Notes under the pieces: model-generated
Database searches by the model: none
Told to the model about the DNA's origin: nothing
The model's input: the letters and a program-made list of their open reading frames with translations, nothing else
Shown here: in pieces, positions 10,341 to 19,776 of the stretch
How positions within the stretch are numbered: the stretch's first letter is position 1
Layout of the letters: each line of letters begins with the position of its first letter
NCBI GenBank assembly: GCA_937919155.1
Contig: CALFPM010000178.1
Location: 1-49,546 of the forward strand
Source of the DNA: an uncultured Clostridia bacterium
Lineage (GTDB): Bacteria > Bacillota > Clostridia > Oscillospirales > Acutalibacteraceae
Length of the DNA: 49,546 nucleotides
Reading direction: 5' to 3'
Translations under genes and position numbers: made by a program

Positions 10341-12610
10341 TATGCCACATATGTAACCGTAAAGCAATGTGAACGGATTTTGTATTTCATCAGCGATGCC
10401 CTGAAAGCGTTGCCCTTCATTGTGACATTGCCGACTCTGATTGTAGTAATGTAGCCGCAATTCTGATTTATGCAGCTGTCGTGTTCAACAATTTCAAGCC
10501 ATTCGGCAGGGTTTTCACTGAGCACGATTTCATCGGAATAACCCTCAATGAGTTTTCTCATTTCTTCTGCAGAAATTTCAAAATCTGATGGAGCGGGGTC
10601 TTCGGGACTTGATACACCGCCTCTGAGATACGGGAACTGACCCGCTTTCCATACGCTTTCCGCAGATGCGGTTTTGCCCGCCGATGTTGAGAAATAAACA
10701 GTGTTTGCCGCCGCGCCGTTGTAATCAACATATTTTGCAACAGGCTTGTCCTCGGCGGTTGCCATTCCGAGATATTCAAGGCAGGCTTTGTGTATTTCCG
10801 TGCCCTCAAATTCAAAAGAACCGTCATATGCGTGCTGGCTGCTTTTCACAACAAAGTTGTTATACTTTGCATAGGTGTAAATCGCCGCCATCTGTGCTTT
10901 GACAGCTTCCCTGCCTGCGGAACTGTAGCCCATTTCTTTTTTCGTTGTTTTGCATATGTACTCAACAAGAGGGATATCCTGACCGCCGTATTTAACGGTT
11001 TCGGGAGTTGCGGAATCCGCTTTTATTGTTGTGGTTGGAAAATAGTGAGTCAATATCTGCTCATATGAGCTGCCGTTTTTCGCCATTTCAATGGCACCTT
11101 TCTGGCTCATTCCCACTCCGTGACCGTAGCCGTAAACCTTGAAAACAAACTTTCCGCCCTTTGCGACTGTTGCCTCTGCCGTTTCGGTCGCCTTACGGGT
11201 TGTTGTTTCAGGCTGAGTGGTGGTCGGCTTTGTTGTTGTCGGCTTGGTGGTTGTTGTGGTTGTGGTGGGTTTAGCGGTAGTTGTTGTGGTGGTCGGCTTG
11301 GTGGTTGTTGCCGTTGCGGCAATTGTTGTGACTATTTTCGTAACCTTTTCGGTGAGTGTCACCGTTGTTGCGGAAGTCAATGCATCCGAAGTTTCCGTTG
11401 AGGATAACTCCGTTGTTTCGGGAACGATTATCGTTATTCCCATATCTTCACCGTCAAGACCGCTTCCGCCGTAAAAATCATTTTCATCTTCAGCAAAGGT
11501 TGTCTGCTCCAAAAGATTAGGGCTGTCTGCATCAATAAGGGATGCCTGTGAATATCTGCTGCCAAGCACAATGGCGGCAACAAGACAAACAAGCGTTGCA
11601 AGCACTACGGCGCAGATTGCGATAAGCAATGCGGTCTTTTTTGTGTTTTTCTTTTCAGGAATATTGGGGTTAACAAGACCTGCCGCGCCCGAATGAGTTT
11701 CAAGCATTGAGCAAAGCTTGATAACCGCGGCGGCAATCAGGTGCTTTCTTTCTTCACCCGGGAGGGCAAAAACCCTTGCCGCATTTGCTCTTTCGGAATC
11801 GGCAACACAAACAATAACATAGCTTTCGCCGTCTTCATTGCCGTAAACCTCCGAAATTGCAATACCCATATCGGCATCTGCCGTTTCTTTTGATAATTTT
11901 GCACTCTGTGCAACAAAATCCTCTGCACTTTCTCCATCAACCGACTCATACACGCTCGAATCGGGAATAAATGCCTCTTCACTGTCAGGCACTGCAGAAA
12001 TTACGGAAAGCAAAGCCTTTGCACTGCCGCAGGACGAAACCGCAACAGTTTTTCCGCTGTCAATAACCTTTTTTACGCTGTCCCTGACCTGTGACATTGC
12101 AGGCTTTTTGGGGCGGCTGTCGGCAGGAAATGCCTGACGGAGAAGCCCGTCCAGTCCCAGAGCAAAAACCGCCTGAGTCCTGCCTGCTTCAAGGGGCATA
12201 AACACAACCATGCCCTCGCCCAGTTTCGCGGCAAATGAGGAATAAAGACCGTCATCGGACACAAAAACCTTTGATTTTTCGGGCACTGCAGTGTGAATAT
12301 CCCTTTCCTTTGAATCATCGGGCAGATTGCCCTGCAAGGCGGAGGAAATCGCAGTGTTTCTGACTATTTTTGAAGAAAAAAGCTTAAGTAAACGGAGCTT
12401 TGCACCAAGAAAAGCTGAAAGGGGCGCAGCCGCCACAACAATGCCGCCCTCACAGGCACATTTTGCAACAGCATCGGCAAAGGATGCGGCGTCACCGTAA
12501 TCCGCAGACGGCGCATCGGAATAATATTGCCTGAGTTTTTGCTCAAGATATGCAGCTTCACCTTGCACCGAAGAGGCACAAAGAGTGCATACACTCACCT
12601 TTCTTTTCAT
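10340..12610 (-). CDS. Membrane protein: degenerate CinA-like N-terminal module, TM helix, Thr-rich linker and a circularly permuted SpoIID/LytB domain
   Basis: GYGHGVGMSQKGA...YEQILTHYF precedes EY...KEM...EAVKAQ...YFSTSAGKT...VW...PYL...FR...IRS. TM LLIAICAVVLATLVCLVAAIVLG. N-terminal half echoes the CinA layout. Confidence 0.8.
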   Translation of the reverse strand: MKRKVSVCTLCASSVQGEAAYLEQKLRQYYSDAPSADYGDAASFADAVAKCACEGGIVVAAAPLSAFLGAKLRLLKLFSSKIVRNTAISSALQGNLPDDSKERDIHTAVPEKSKVFVSDDGLYSSFAAKLGEGMVVFMPLEAGRTQAVFALGLDGLLRQAFPADSRPKKPAMSQVRDSVKKVIDSGKTVAVSSCGSAKALLSVISAVPDSEEAFIPDSSVYESVDGESAEDFVAQSAKLSKETADADMGIAISEVYGNEDGESYVIVCVADSERANAARVFALPGEERKHLIAAAVIKLCSMLETHSGAAGLVNPNIPEKKNTKKTALLIAICAVVLATLVCLVAAIVLGSRYSQASLIDADSPNLLEQTTFAEDENDFYGGSGLDGEDMGITIIVPETTELSSTETSDALTSATTVTLTEKVTKIVTTIAATATTTKPTTTTTTAKPTTTTTTTKPTTTKPTTTQPETTTRKATETAEATVAKGGKFVFKVYGYGHGVGMSQKGAIEMAKNGSSYEQILTHYFPTTTIKADSATPETVKYGGQDIPLVEYICKTTKKEMGYSSAGREAVKAQMAAIYTYAKYNNFVVKSSQHAYDGSFEFEGTEIHKACLEYLGMATAEDKPVAKYVDYNGAAANTVYFSTSAGKTASAESVWKAGQFPYLRGGVSSPEDPAPSDFEISAEEMRKLIEGYSDEIVLSENPAEWLEIVEHDSCINQNCGYITTIRVGNVTMKGNAFRASLMKYKIRSHCFTVTYVA

Positions 12611-12711
12611 AGTAAATCTCCGTTTCTTAATTCTTCTTGTTGGTTTTTGTTATGAATGGTTTTAATGCCGTATCAGCGGAAAATTTCTTTCCGCTATGAA
12701 GTGCAGATTTT

Positions 12712-14727
12712 TTACCAGCGGGCATCCTGTGCATAAGGATTAACCGCTTTCTTGTTCGCATCATAATATGCCTGGGGATACTTGGGGTTGGGATTCTCAA
12801 CAACCTTTGAAGTGTCAACGCTGATGCTTTCTCCGTCACGCTTGAGTCTTGCAACAACTACAAGTCTTGCCTCGTTGAAATCATAGCAGCAGGTTGAGAG
12901 GGTGAGAATCTTGTCGCTGACATTGATATCAACACCTGTTGTGTAAAGCTTACGCTTGTCAAGTTCTTCAATGTAGCTTTCAAACTTGGAGGTCGATATA
13001 TCAATGAAGTTGTAGGGAAGAACATAGCCGTTGTCATCCTGCGGCTCGGAATTGGTGATGAATACGGCATAGACAAACCAGGTATAATCGCCGTAAATGG
13101 TGTTGCACTCAATAACAGGTGCAGATGCAAATCCCTCAACGGTGCGGTAGTTCTCAAGATTGCCGAAAATGTAGTCATCCGAACGCATATTGTGTCCGTA
13201 AATAACATTATTCTTATGAAGATTTCTGAAATCTGTCATGCGGTAATCAAAGAAAGGCACGCCGTAGGTTGTGTATTTGCCGTAAATGTCTTTCTTGAGA
13301 TAGTAATCATTATCAACACCCTGTGCAACGGGCAGGTTGATGTCAAGACCCTCAATGGATATCCAGCCTCTGAGGTCTTTGTTTGCCGCATAAAGCTGAC
13401 CGTACTTTGCAAGCATTCCCTCAGGGAAATCAACGCCGGGGAACTCGCTTTCAAGTCTGGAATCCACAACCGCGGTCTGGTCATGCTGATTGATATTTTC
13501 AATCATCTGATCCGCAACTTCCTGAGCGGTTTTGCGGAATCTCATGGGTTCAATAACATAAGTGTTTGCAATCATAACAAGGCAAACAACAATTGTTATT
13601 CCCGAAATTGCGAGCACGATTTTTCTTGCAATCTCGCTCTTTTTATTTTCGGGTTTCGCCTCTTCTTCTTTCTTTTCTTTCTTGTTTCTTTTCTTTTTCT
13701 CGGCTTCCTTTGCCTCAAACTCTTCTTCGGTCATATAACCGATTCCGCTGCTCATGGGTTCGGGTTCATAGAGCTTTTCGGGCTGCTGAGCCGCCTCATC
13801 ATAGTCATTACCGTCATCGGGAACATCAATCACAAAGCCTGCGGGAGCCTCGGGTTCCTGAATTTCGGGAACTTCTTCTCCGAGAAGAATTGCAAGCTCT
13901 CTCTGAAAATCATCACTGTCCGTGTCGATTGCGCCAACGGTAGCAGGAGTTTCTTCAATCTTTTCATCAGGAATAATGACCGTCTCTTCCCCGGGAGTTT
14001 CCTCTTCCTCGGGCAGATCCCATTCAATTTCCTCTTCGTCTGCTTCGAAAGCGGCAGGGTCAGTTACAAGCTGTGACGCTACGGAAAGCTCGGAATCAAC
14101 GGTTGCAATGCCTGCATTTGACTCGATTTCCGAAAGAATATCTCCAAAGCCTGTTTCCCCGTCCGAATCCGCCTTCAGCATATCAATCATGCTGAAAATA
14201 TCGTCCTTTGCGGAATCCGTTACGGGTTTTTCTTCCTCTTCGGGAGCAGGTTCATCTGCCTCGGCAACAAATTCCTCTGCCTCGGGCATTTCGGGTGCGG
14301 AAGGCTCATAAACATCGTCACTCTCATCATCAAGAGAAACAACGGGAATTTCATCCGAATAATATTCCTCGGGATTCATCCACAAATCATCAAGGGATGT
14401 TGCCTCATCCCCGTCCTGTGCGGCAGGGTCTGAAAGAGCAATTTTTGCAGGCTCTGCCTCTGCGGCGGTAAGCACGGACATAGGCTTGGGCACAATCACT
14501 TCGGGACCGCTGCCCACAATGTCATCATAAAGGCTCTGAAGCTCGCTTTCAATGCTTTTTTCCGTGTTTTCAATATCCTCGTGGAAGCCCTCAAAAAGCG
14601 GTGCCGCCTTTGAGCTTTCCTCAAGAAAATCCGTAAGATTTATTTCTGTTATTGCCTCATCATCCGCAATGGAGCTGAGTCCGTCCGGCAATGATGAAGG
14701 GTTCTTATCCTTGTTGTCGTTTGACAT
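12712..14727 (-). CDS. Class B sortase with a ~370-aa acidic low-complexity N-terminal extension
   Basis: GWISI, DNDYYLKKD, IYGHNM, TLSTC and RLVVVAR motifs after a TM helix; D/E-rich N-terminus. Confidence 0.88.
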   Translation of the reverse strand: MSNDNKDKNPSSLPDGLSSIADDEAITEINLTDFLEESSKAAPLFEGFHEDIENTEKSIESELQSLYDDIVGSGPEVIVPKPMSVLTAAEAEPAKIALSDPAAQDGDEATSLDDLWMNPEEYYSDEIPVVSLDDESDDVYEPSAPEMPEAEEFVAEADEPAPEEEEKPVTDSAKDDIFSMIDMLKADSDGETGFGDILSEIESNAGIATVDSELSVASQLVTDPAAFEADEEEIEWDLPEEEETPGEETVIIPDEKIEETPATVGAIDTDSDDFQRELAILLGEEVPEIQEPEAPAGFVIDVPDDGNDYDEAAQQPEKLYEPEPMSSGIGYMTEEEFEAKEAEKKKRNKKEKKEEEAKPENKKSEIARKIVLAISGITIVVCLVMIANTYVIEPMRFRKTAQEVADQMIENINQHDQTAVVDSRLESEFPGVDFPEGMLAKYGQLYAANKDLRGWISIEGLDINLPVAQGVDNDYYLKKDIYGKYTTYGVPFFDYRMTDFRNLHKNNVIYGHNMRSDDYIFGNLENYRTVEGFASAPVIECNTIYGDYTWFVYAVFITNSEPQDDNGYVLPYNFIDISTSKFESYIEELDKRKLYTTGVDINVSDKILTLSTCCYDFNEARLVVVARLKRDGESISVDTSKVVENPNPKYPQAYYDANKKAVNPYAQDARW

Positions 14728-14772
14728 GGTTTTTCCTCCGAATTTATACTTAATTTTTGATTTATTTTCTTA

Positions 14773-15756
14773 TCAGTTGGGGTTGGGCTGCCACTTTTCG
14801 GAATTCTTATAGGGATTGGTCTTGCCTTTTGCATTGTACCACACCTGCGGTCTGCGGTAGTCGGGGTTGTCCTTGACAAGTGAAGCATCGATTGCTTCGC
14901 TCTCTCCCTCGTGAAGAAGCCTGCCCACAACAACGAGTCTTGTGTCAACATTCTTGCCGTAGTCATAAATGCAGGTGGAAAGAGTGATTACCTTGTCTGT
15001 AGGCTCAAGCGAAACGCCTGTTTCATAGAGCTTGCGCTGATTGACCTGCTCAATGTAGCCAACCATATTGTTTTCACCCATGTCGGGGTAAATATAGTTG
15101 AAGAAATAGCCGTTATCGTCCTTAGGCTGAGTGTTTGAAAGGAAAACGGCGCAGATTTTGTAAGTATACTCACCTGTGAGTGTTTTGTACTTTATGATGG
15201 GGTTTCTGATGAAATGATTCTTGTCCCTGTAGTCATAAAGCGAGCGGAATGCCTGCTTGGGCACACCGTCAGACTTGCCTGTTGTGTGTCCGTGGATAAC
15301 CATATTCTTTGAAAGATGGTCGGGAAGGCAACGGTAATCCAGATAAATATTGCCGTAGTTATCCGCCGATGTTTCATATGTTGTCTTATTATAAAAATCC
15401 TTTTTGAGGTAGTAGCTGTTATCCTTGCCGAGAAGCACGGCGGTATCCATTTCCGTGCCGGGGATTGAAAGCCAGCCTGCAAGGTCATTGTTGATTGCGT
15501 ATGCCTGCTTAAGCTCCTCGAGAATGCCCTCGGGATACTGAGCCTGAGCCTTCATTGCATTTGATTTGACGCCCTCAAGCTCTGCGGATGCGGAATCAGC
15601 CTCAACGCCCTGAGCAAGCACAAGACCTGCGGTGTTTTCATCAATAACTGAGCCGTCCGAATTCTTTTTTGTGAAATTCACGATGGAAAGCACGGTCAGA
15701 AGCACGGCAACCGCCGCAAAAACCGCTGTAAGTATTACGGGAAGCTTTTTGTTCAT
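14773..15756 (-). CDS. Class B sortase
   Basis: N-terminal anchor; GWLSIPGT, DNSYYLKKD, IHGH, TLSTC and RLVVVGR motifs. Confidence 0.9.
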   Translation of the reverse strand: MNKKLPVILTAVFAAVAVLLTVLSIVNFTKKNSDGSVIDENTAGLVLAQGVEADSASAELEGVKSNAMKAQAQYPEGILEELKQAYAINNDLAGWLSIPGTEMDTAVLLGKDNSYYLKKDFYNKTTYETSADNYGNIYLDYRCLPDHLSKNMVIHGHTTGKSDGVPKQAFRSLYDYRDKNHFIRNPIIKYKTLTGEYTYKICAVFLSNTQPKDDNGYFFNYIYPDMGENNMVGYIEQVNQRKLYETGVSLEPTDKVITLSTCIYDYGKNVDTRLVVVGRLLHEGESEAIDASLVKDNPDYRRPQVWYNAKGKTNPYKNSEKWQPNPN

Positions 15757-16997
15757 TCTTTTTTTTCCTCCATATATTTTCTGGCAAGGTTAAGAGCACG
15801 GGAGCCTGTTACATAGCGGTTATATTCCCTGTCGCTTCTGCCTGTTTCTATTTTTTCACAGACCTGCACACCCTCAGCGTCAAGAGCAACAAAGCTCAGA
15901 CCAACGGGTTTGCTTGTGCCATCACTGCCGGGACCTGCAATGCCTGTGACGGAAATTCCGATGTCTGCACCCGAAACACGGCGTATGCCTGCCGCCATTT
16001 CTCTTGCAGTCTGCTCGCTGACGGCGCCGTATTTTTCAAGAGTTTCCGTATTGACGCCGAGAATTTTGTGTTTTATTTCATTTGAATAAGTTACCGCACC
16101 GAAACCGAAAACGCTGCTTGCACCTGCAATGTCCGTTATTCTTTTGGAAATATAGCCTGCGGTGCAGCTCTCCGCCGTGGCGATTGTCAGCTTCTTTTCT
16201 TTGAGCAGTTCAACAACTCTCTCTTCAATGCTCTGAGCATCGATGCCGTAAACATAACTGCCAAGCCTTGATTTTATATCGTCAATAACAGGTTTGCAAA
16301 GCTTTTCCGCTTCGCTTTCACTGCCTGCTTTTGCGGTTACCCTGAGGAGAGCCTCGCCTTTTTTCGCATAGGGTGCAACGGTTGGATTTTCATTTTCAAG
16401 CAAATCCGCGCAAAGCTCTGCCATTGCACTTTCGCCGATACCCATCGTCCTCACCGTGTGAGAAACGATTGCGCCCTCTGCATATTCCGAGAGAAAAGGC
16501 ACAACGCTTTTCTGATACATAGGTGCCATTTCATAGGGCGGTCCGGGAAGAATAACAAGGCATTTGCCGTTTTTCTTTATGCCGATACCCGGCGCGGTGC
16601 CGTTGTCATTTTCAAAAACCGTCTGTCCCTCAGGCACATAAGCCTGCCTGAGATTGCTTTCGGGCATATCGATGCCCTTTGATTTGAAATAGGAAGTTAT
16701 TTTTTCTGCTATTTCGGCATTGAACTGCAGCTCACAGCCCATAACTTCACAACAGATATCTCTTGTGATATCGTCCTGAGTGGGACCGAGTCCGCCCGTT
16801 GCAATAACAATATCGCTTCTGCCAAGAGCGGTTTCAAGGGCGGCGGCAAGCCTTTGGGCATTGTCGCCCACGGTTGTGTGGCGAAGAACGGAAATGCCCA
16901 GCTTTGCAAGCTCAAGGGAAAGATATCTTGAGTTGGTGTTAAGTATATCGCCAAGCAATATTTCCGTGCCAACGGAAAGTATTTCGCAAACCGCCAT
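15753..16997 (-). CDS. cinA: Competence/damage-inducible protein CinA (MoCF-like domain plus NMN deamidase)
   Basis: EILSVGTEILLGDILNTN, TGGLGPTQDD, LPGPP, AESCTAG and GAVSEQTAREMA motifs. Confidence 0.95.
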   Translation of the reverse strand: MAVCEILSVGTEILLGDILNTNSRYLSLELAKLGISVLRHTTVGDNAQRLAAALETALGRSDIVIATGGLGPTQDDITRDICCEVMGCELQFNAEIAEKITSYFKSKGIDMPESNLRQAYVPEGQTVFENDNGTAPGIGIKKNGKCLVILPGPPYEMAPMYQKSVVPFLSEYAEGAIVSHTVRTMGIGESAMAELCADLLENENPTVAPYAKKGEALLRVTAKAGSESEAEKLCKPVIDDIKSRLGSYVYGIDAQSIEERVVELLKEKKLTIATAESCTAGYISKRITDIAGASSVFGFGAVTYSNEIKHKILGVNTETLEKYGAVSEQTAREMAAGIRRVSGADIGISVTGIAGPGSDGTSKPVGLSFVALDAEGVQVCEKIETGRSDREYNRYVTGSRALNLARKYMEEKKE

Positions 16998-17018
16998 TTC
17001 CTTTTCTCCTTTCAGTCG

Positions 17019-17205
17019 AATGATTTGGCTTCGCCATGAATTGACTCCGTCATAAATTCTCGCTTTGCTCCATGAATTGAATTGTTATCACAATTCATTA
17101 TAATCGGTCATAGGCAGAGCCTATCCGAAATGCACCAAAGGTGCAAATCATGCAACGAAGTTGCAATTCATGATAAAATCAACTAATGCCGCGAGGCAAA
17201 TCATT
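17019..17205. repeat. Composite REP-like palindrome of mini-hairpins separated by ATGAATT/AATTCAT-type spacers
   Basis: Terminal IR AATGATTTG...CAAATCATT. Hairpins GGCTTCGCC, GACTCCGTC, GCACCAAAGGTGC, GCAACGAAGTTGC and GCCGCGAGGC. Confidence 0.7.
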
Positions 17206-18379
17206 AATATGCGCTTATGGGCACAAATCTTGCATTCTTTGCGGCTTCCTCAACAAGTCTGTCAACTTCAAGTGCCTTTTCGCATTCCTCAACATAATCA
17301 ATGGTGGGTTTTGTTCGGGGATGCTTGGGAGTGAACACGGTGCAACAGTCTTCATAGGGAAGTATCGATATATCAAACGTTTCAATCTTTCTGGAAATCG
17401 CAACAACCTCGTCCTTATCCATACCGATGAGAGGACGGAAAACGGGCATTTCGCAAACTGCATCGGTGCAGGCAATTGCAGGCATTGTCTGACTTGCAAC
17501 CTGTCCCACGCTTTCGCCCGTGATGAGTGCGCCTGCATTATCCTTTGCGGCAATTATCTGCGACACTCTCATCATCATGCGGCGCATAATAACTGTAAAT
17601 ATATCTTCGGGGCAATTGTCTTTGATAAGCTCCTGAATCTCTGTGAAAGGTACAACCCAAAGAGTGATTCTGCCCGAATATTTGCTGACCTGCCTGAGAA
17701 GCGAATGAACTTTCTGTTCAGCTCTTTCGCTTGTGTAAGGAGGCGAAGCAAAGTGAATTGCAATAAGTTCAAGACCTCTTTTTGCCATCATATAAGCGGC
17801 AACGGGGCTGTCGATACCGCCCGAAATAAGCACTGCCGCTCTGCCTGAGGAGCCTGTGGGCATACCGCCCGCACCCTTTATCTGCTTGCCGTGGATATAG
17901 GCATGGGTATCTCTGATTTCAACGGTAACAACCATATCGGGGTTGTGAACGTCAACAACAAGGTGAGGGAATTTTCGGAGCAGGAAGCCGCCTGTTTCCC
18001 TGCAGATTTCAGGTGAAGTGAGGGGGAATTTTTTGTCCGAACGCTTTGCTTCAACCTTGAAACTGCGGATTCCGAGAAGCTGGGGAGCCAGATATTCTTC
18101 AGCACTTCTCAGAATTGTTTCCATATCTTTTTCAACTGCCGCCGCTCTTGAGAAACCTGCAATTCCGAACACCTTGCCCATTCTCTCAATTGCCTCGTCA
18201 AAGTCAACGTTATCGTCAACGGGCTCTGCAATGATTGTTGACTGAGCGATTGTGAATTTGAATTTTCCTGCGCTGTCAAGTCTGCGGCGCATATTTTTGA
18301 CGAGCATATCCTCAAAAGTTCTTCTGTTGAGACCCTTGAGAGCAAGCTCTCCGTTTTTGATAAGAATTATTTCCTTCAT
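17204..18379 (-). CDS. thiI: tRNA 4-thiouridine synthase ThiI
   Basis: GELALKGLNRRTFE, THUMP domain, SGGIDSPVA, TGESVGQVASQT and PYEDCC. Confidence 0.96.
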   Translation of the reverse strand: MKEIILIKNGELALKGLNRRTFEDMLVKNMRRRLDSAGKFKFTIAQSTIIAEPVDDNVDFDEAIERMGKVFGIAGFSRAAAVEKDMETILRSAEEYLAPQLLGIRSFKVEAKRSDKKFPLTSPEICRETGGFLLRKFPHLVVDVHNPDMVVTVEIRDTHAYIHGKQIKGAGGMPTGSSGRAAVLISGGIDSPVAAYMMAKRGLELIAIHFASPPYTSERAEQKVHSLLRQVSKYSGRITLWVVPFTEIQELIKDNCPEDIFTVIMRRMMMRVSQIIAAKDNAGALITGESVGQVASQTMPAIACTDAVCEMPVFRPLIGMDKDEVVAISRKIETFDISILPYEDCCTVFTPKHPRTKPTIDYVEECEKALEVDRLVEEAAKNARFVPISAY

Positions 18380-18397
18380 TTTACTCTCCGTTTATTT

Positions 18398-19534
18398 TCA
18401 GTCTGCCGACCTGATTGTTTTTTTACCTTCGGCAATGCCCATCACAAGGGCATCAACCTCCTGAATGGTTGTGAATCTTGAAAAGCTGATGCGCAGAGGA
18501 CTGTCCAGCCTTCTGCGGTCAAGACCCATCTGCATAAGCACATGGCTCTTTTTGCCCTTTGAGCATGCCGAGCCGTTGGAAACACAGATTCCCTTGTCCG
18601 AAAGGAAATTGAGCATAGGCTCCGATTTGATGCCCAGCACCGAAATGTTGGTTACATAAGGCAGTGCATCGGGAGGCGAATTGACAACTATATCTCCAAG
18701 CTCTTCAAGCTTTGACACCATATAATCTCTGAGCATTCTGATATGCTCAAGCTCTTTCTGAGGGTCGGGCAACGCCTGTGCCGCCGCCGCAAAGCCCGCA
18801 ATGGCGGGCATAGCCTCCGTACCCGGACGGATTTTCATTTCCTGCTCGCCGCCGAATGTGCGCGGTTTGATTTTGACACCCTTGCGGATATAAATCGCGC
18901 CAACACCTTTGGGACCGTGAATTTTGTGGGAGCTGATTGTCATAAGGTCAACGCCGAGAGTTGCGGGTTTCAGCGGCATTTTTCCGAAAGCCTGCACCGC
19001 ATCGCAATGGATAAGAGCAGGTGAGCGCGCCATCATTGCCGCTCTCTTTGCCGCCTGCACGGGCATTACCGTGCCAACCTCGTTGTTGACAAGCATCATT
19101 GAAATAAGAATTGTGTTTGAATTGACCGCGGCATAAAGGTCTTTTTCATTTATCCTGCCGTAACTGTCAACTTTGAGTCTGATAACCTCAAAGCCCTCTG
19201 CCTCAAGCTTGTTGAGGGTATCGTCTATGCTGGAATGCTCAACACTTGTGGAAACAATGCGCCTGCCCATACGCCTCATCTGATAAGCCGCACCGTAAAG
19301 GGCAAGATTGTTGCTTTCCGTGCCGCCTGAGGTGAAAAAGATTTCTTCGCTTTTGCAGCCCAGCTTTGATGCGATTGTTTCTCTTGAAGAATCAAGCAAA
19401 GCCTTTGCCTCGTTACCGATTCTGTGGAGTGATGACGGATTACCCCAGCTCTTTGTCATTGCATCGGCAACAGCACTGACTGCCTCGCAACAAGGCGCCG
19501 TTGTTGCACTGTTATCGAAATAGGCACTCCTCAT
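18398..19534 (-). CDS. nifS: Cysteine desulfurase (NifS/IscS family, thiI-associated)
   Basis: YFDNSATT, FTSGGTESNN, SSHKIHGPKG, RPGTE and SNGSACS. Confidence 0.92.
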   Translation of the reverse strand: MRSAYFDNSATTAPCCEAVSAVADAMTKSWGNPSSLHRIGNEAKALLDSSRETIASKLGCKSEEIFFTSGGTESNNLALYGAAYQMRRMGRRIVSTSVEHSSIDDTLNKLEAEGFEVIRLKVDSYGRINEKDLYAAVNSNTILISMMLVNNEVGTVMPVQAAKRAAMMARSPALIHCDAVQAFGKMPLKPATLGVDLMTISSHKIHGPKGVGAIYIRKGVKIKPRTFGGEQEMKIRPGTEAMPAIAGFAAAAQALPDPQKELEHIRMLRDYMVSKLEELGDIVVNSPPDALPYVTNISVLGIKSEPMLNFLSDKGICVSNGSACSKGKKSHVLMQMGLDRRRLDSPLRISFSRFTTIQEVDALVMGIAEGKKTIRSAD

Positions 19535-19776
19535 CTGAACCTCTCCTCTGTCGGCACTACACCCATTATAATAATCATATTTAAAACATTATACACTATT
19601 TTTCCCTCGCTTGCAATATATTTTTTAAAGCACGGAGGTTTTGCCTTTTCACTGACAGTATATGCCGAATTTTTTGAACGGATATAGTAATAATACACGG
19701 CGTAATTTAACAAAATTAAAGCGGATTGTTAACAGTTTTAAAAATCTGCATAAAATGAAGGCAAAGGAGAGATTTT

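Noticed and set aside
11200..11330. GTT/GTG-rich tandem pattern as a DNA repeat element
   Set aside because: It encodes the Thr/Lys/Pro linker (TTTKPTTT) of the SpoIID-like protein.
13192..14076. Long antisense ORFs (13192..14076, 17186..17848, 26940..27677, 35164..35796, 36324..36938)
   Set aside because: They are shadows of well-supported genes on the opposite strand and have no recognisable motifs.
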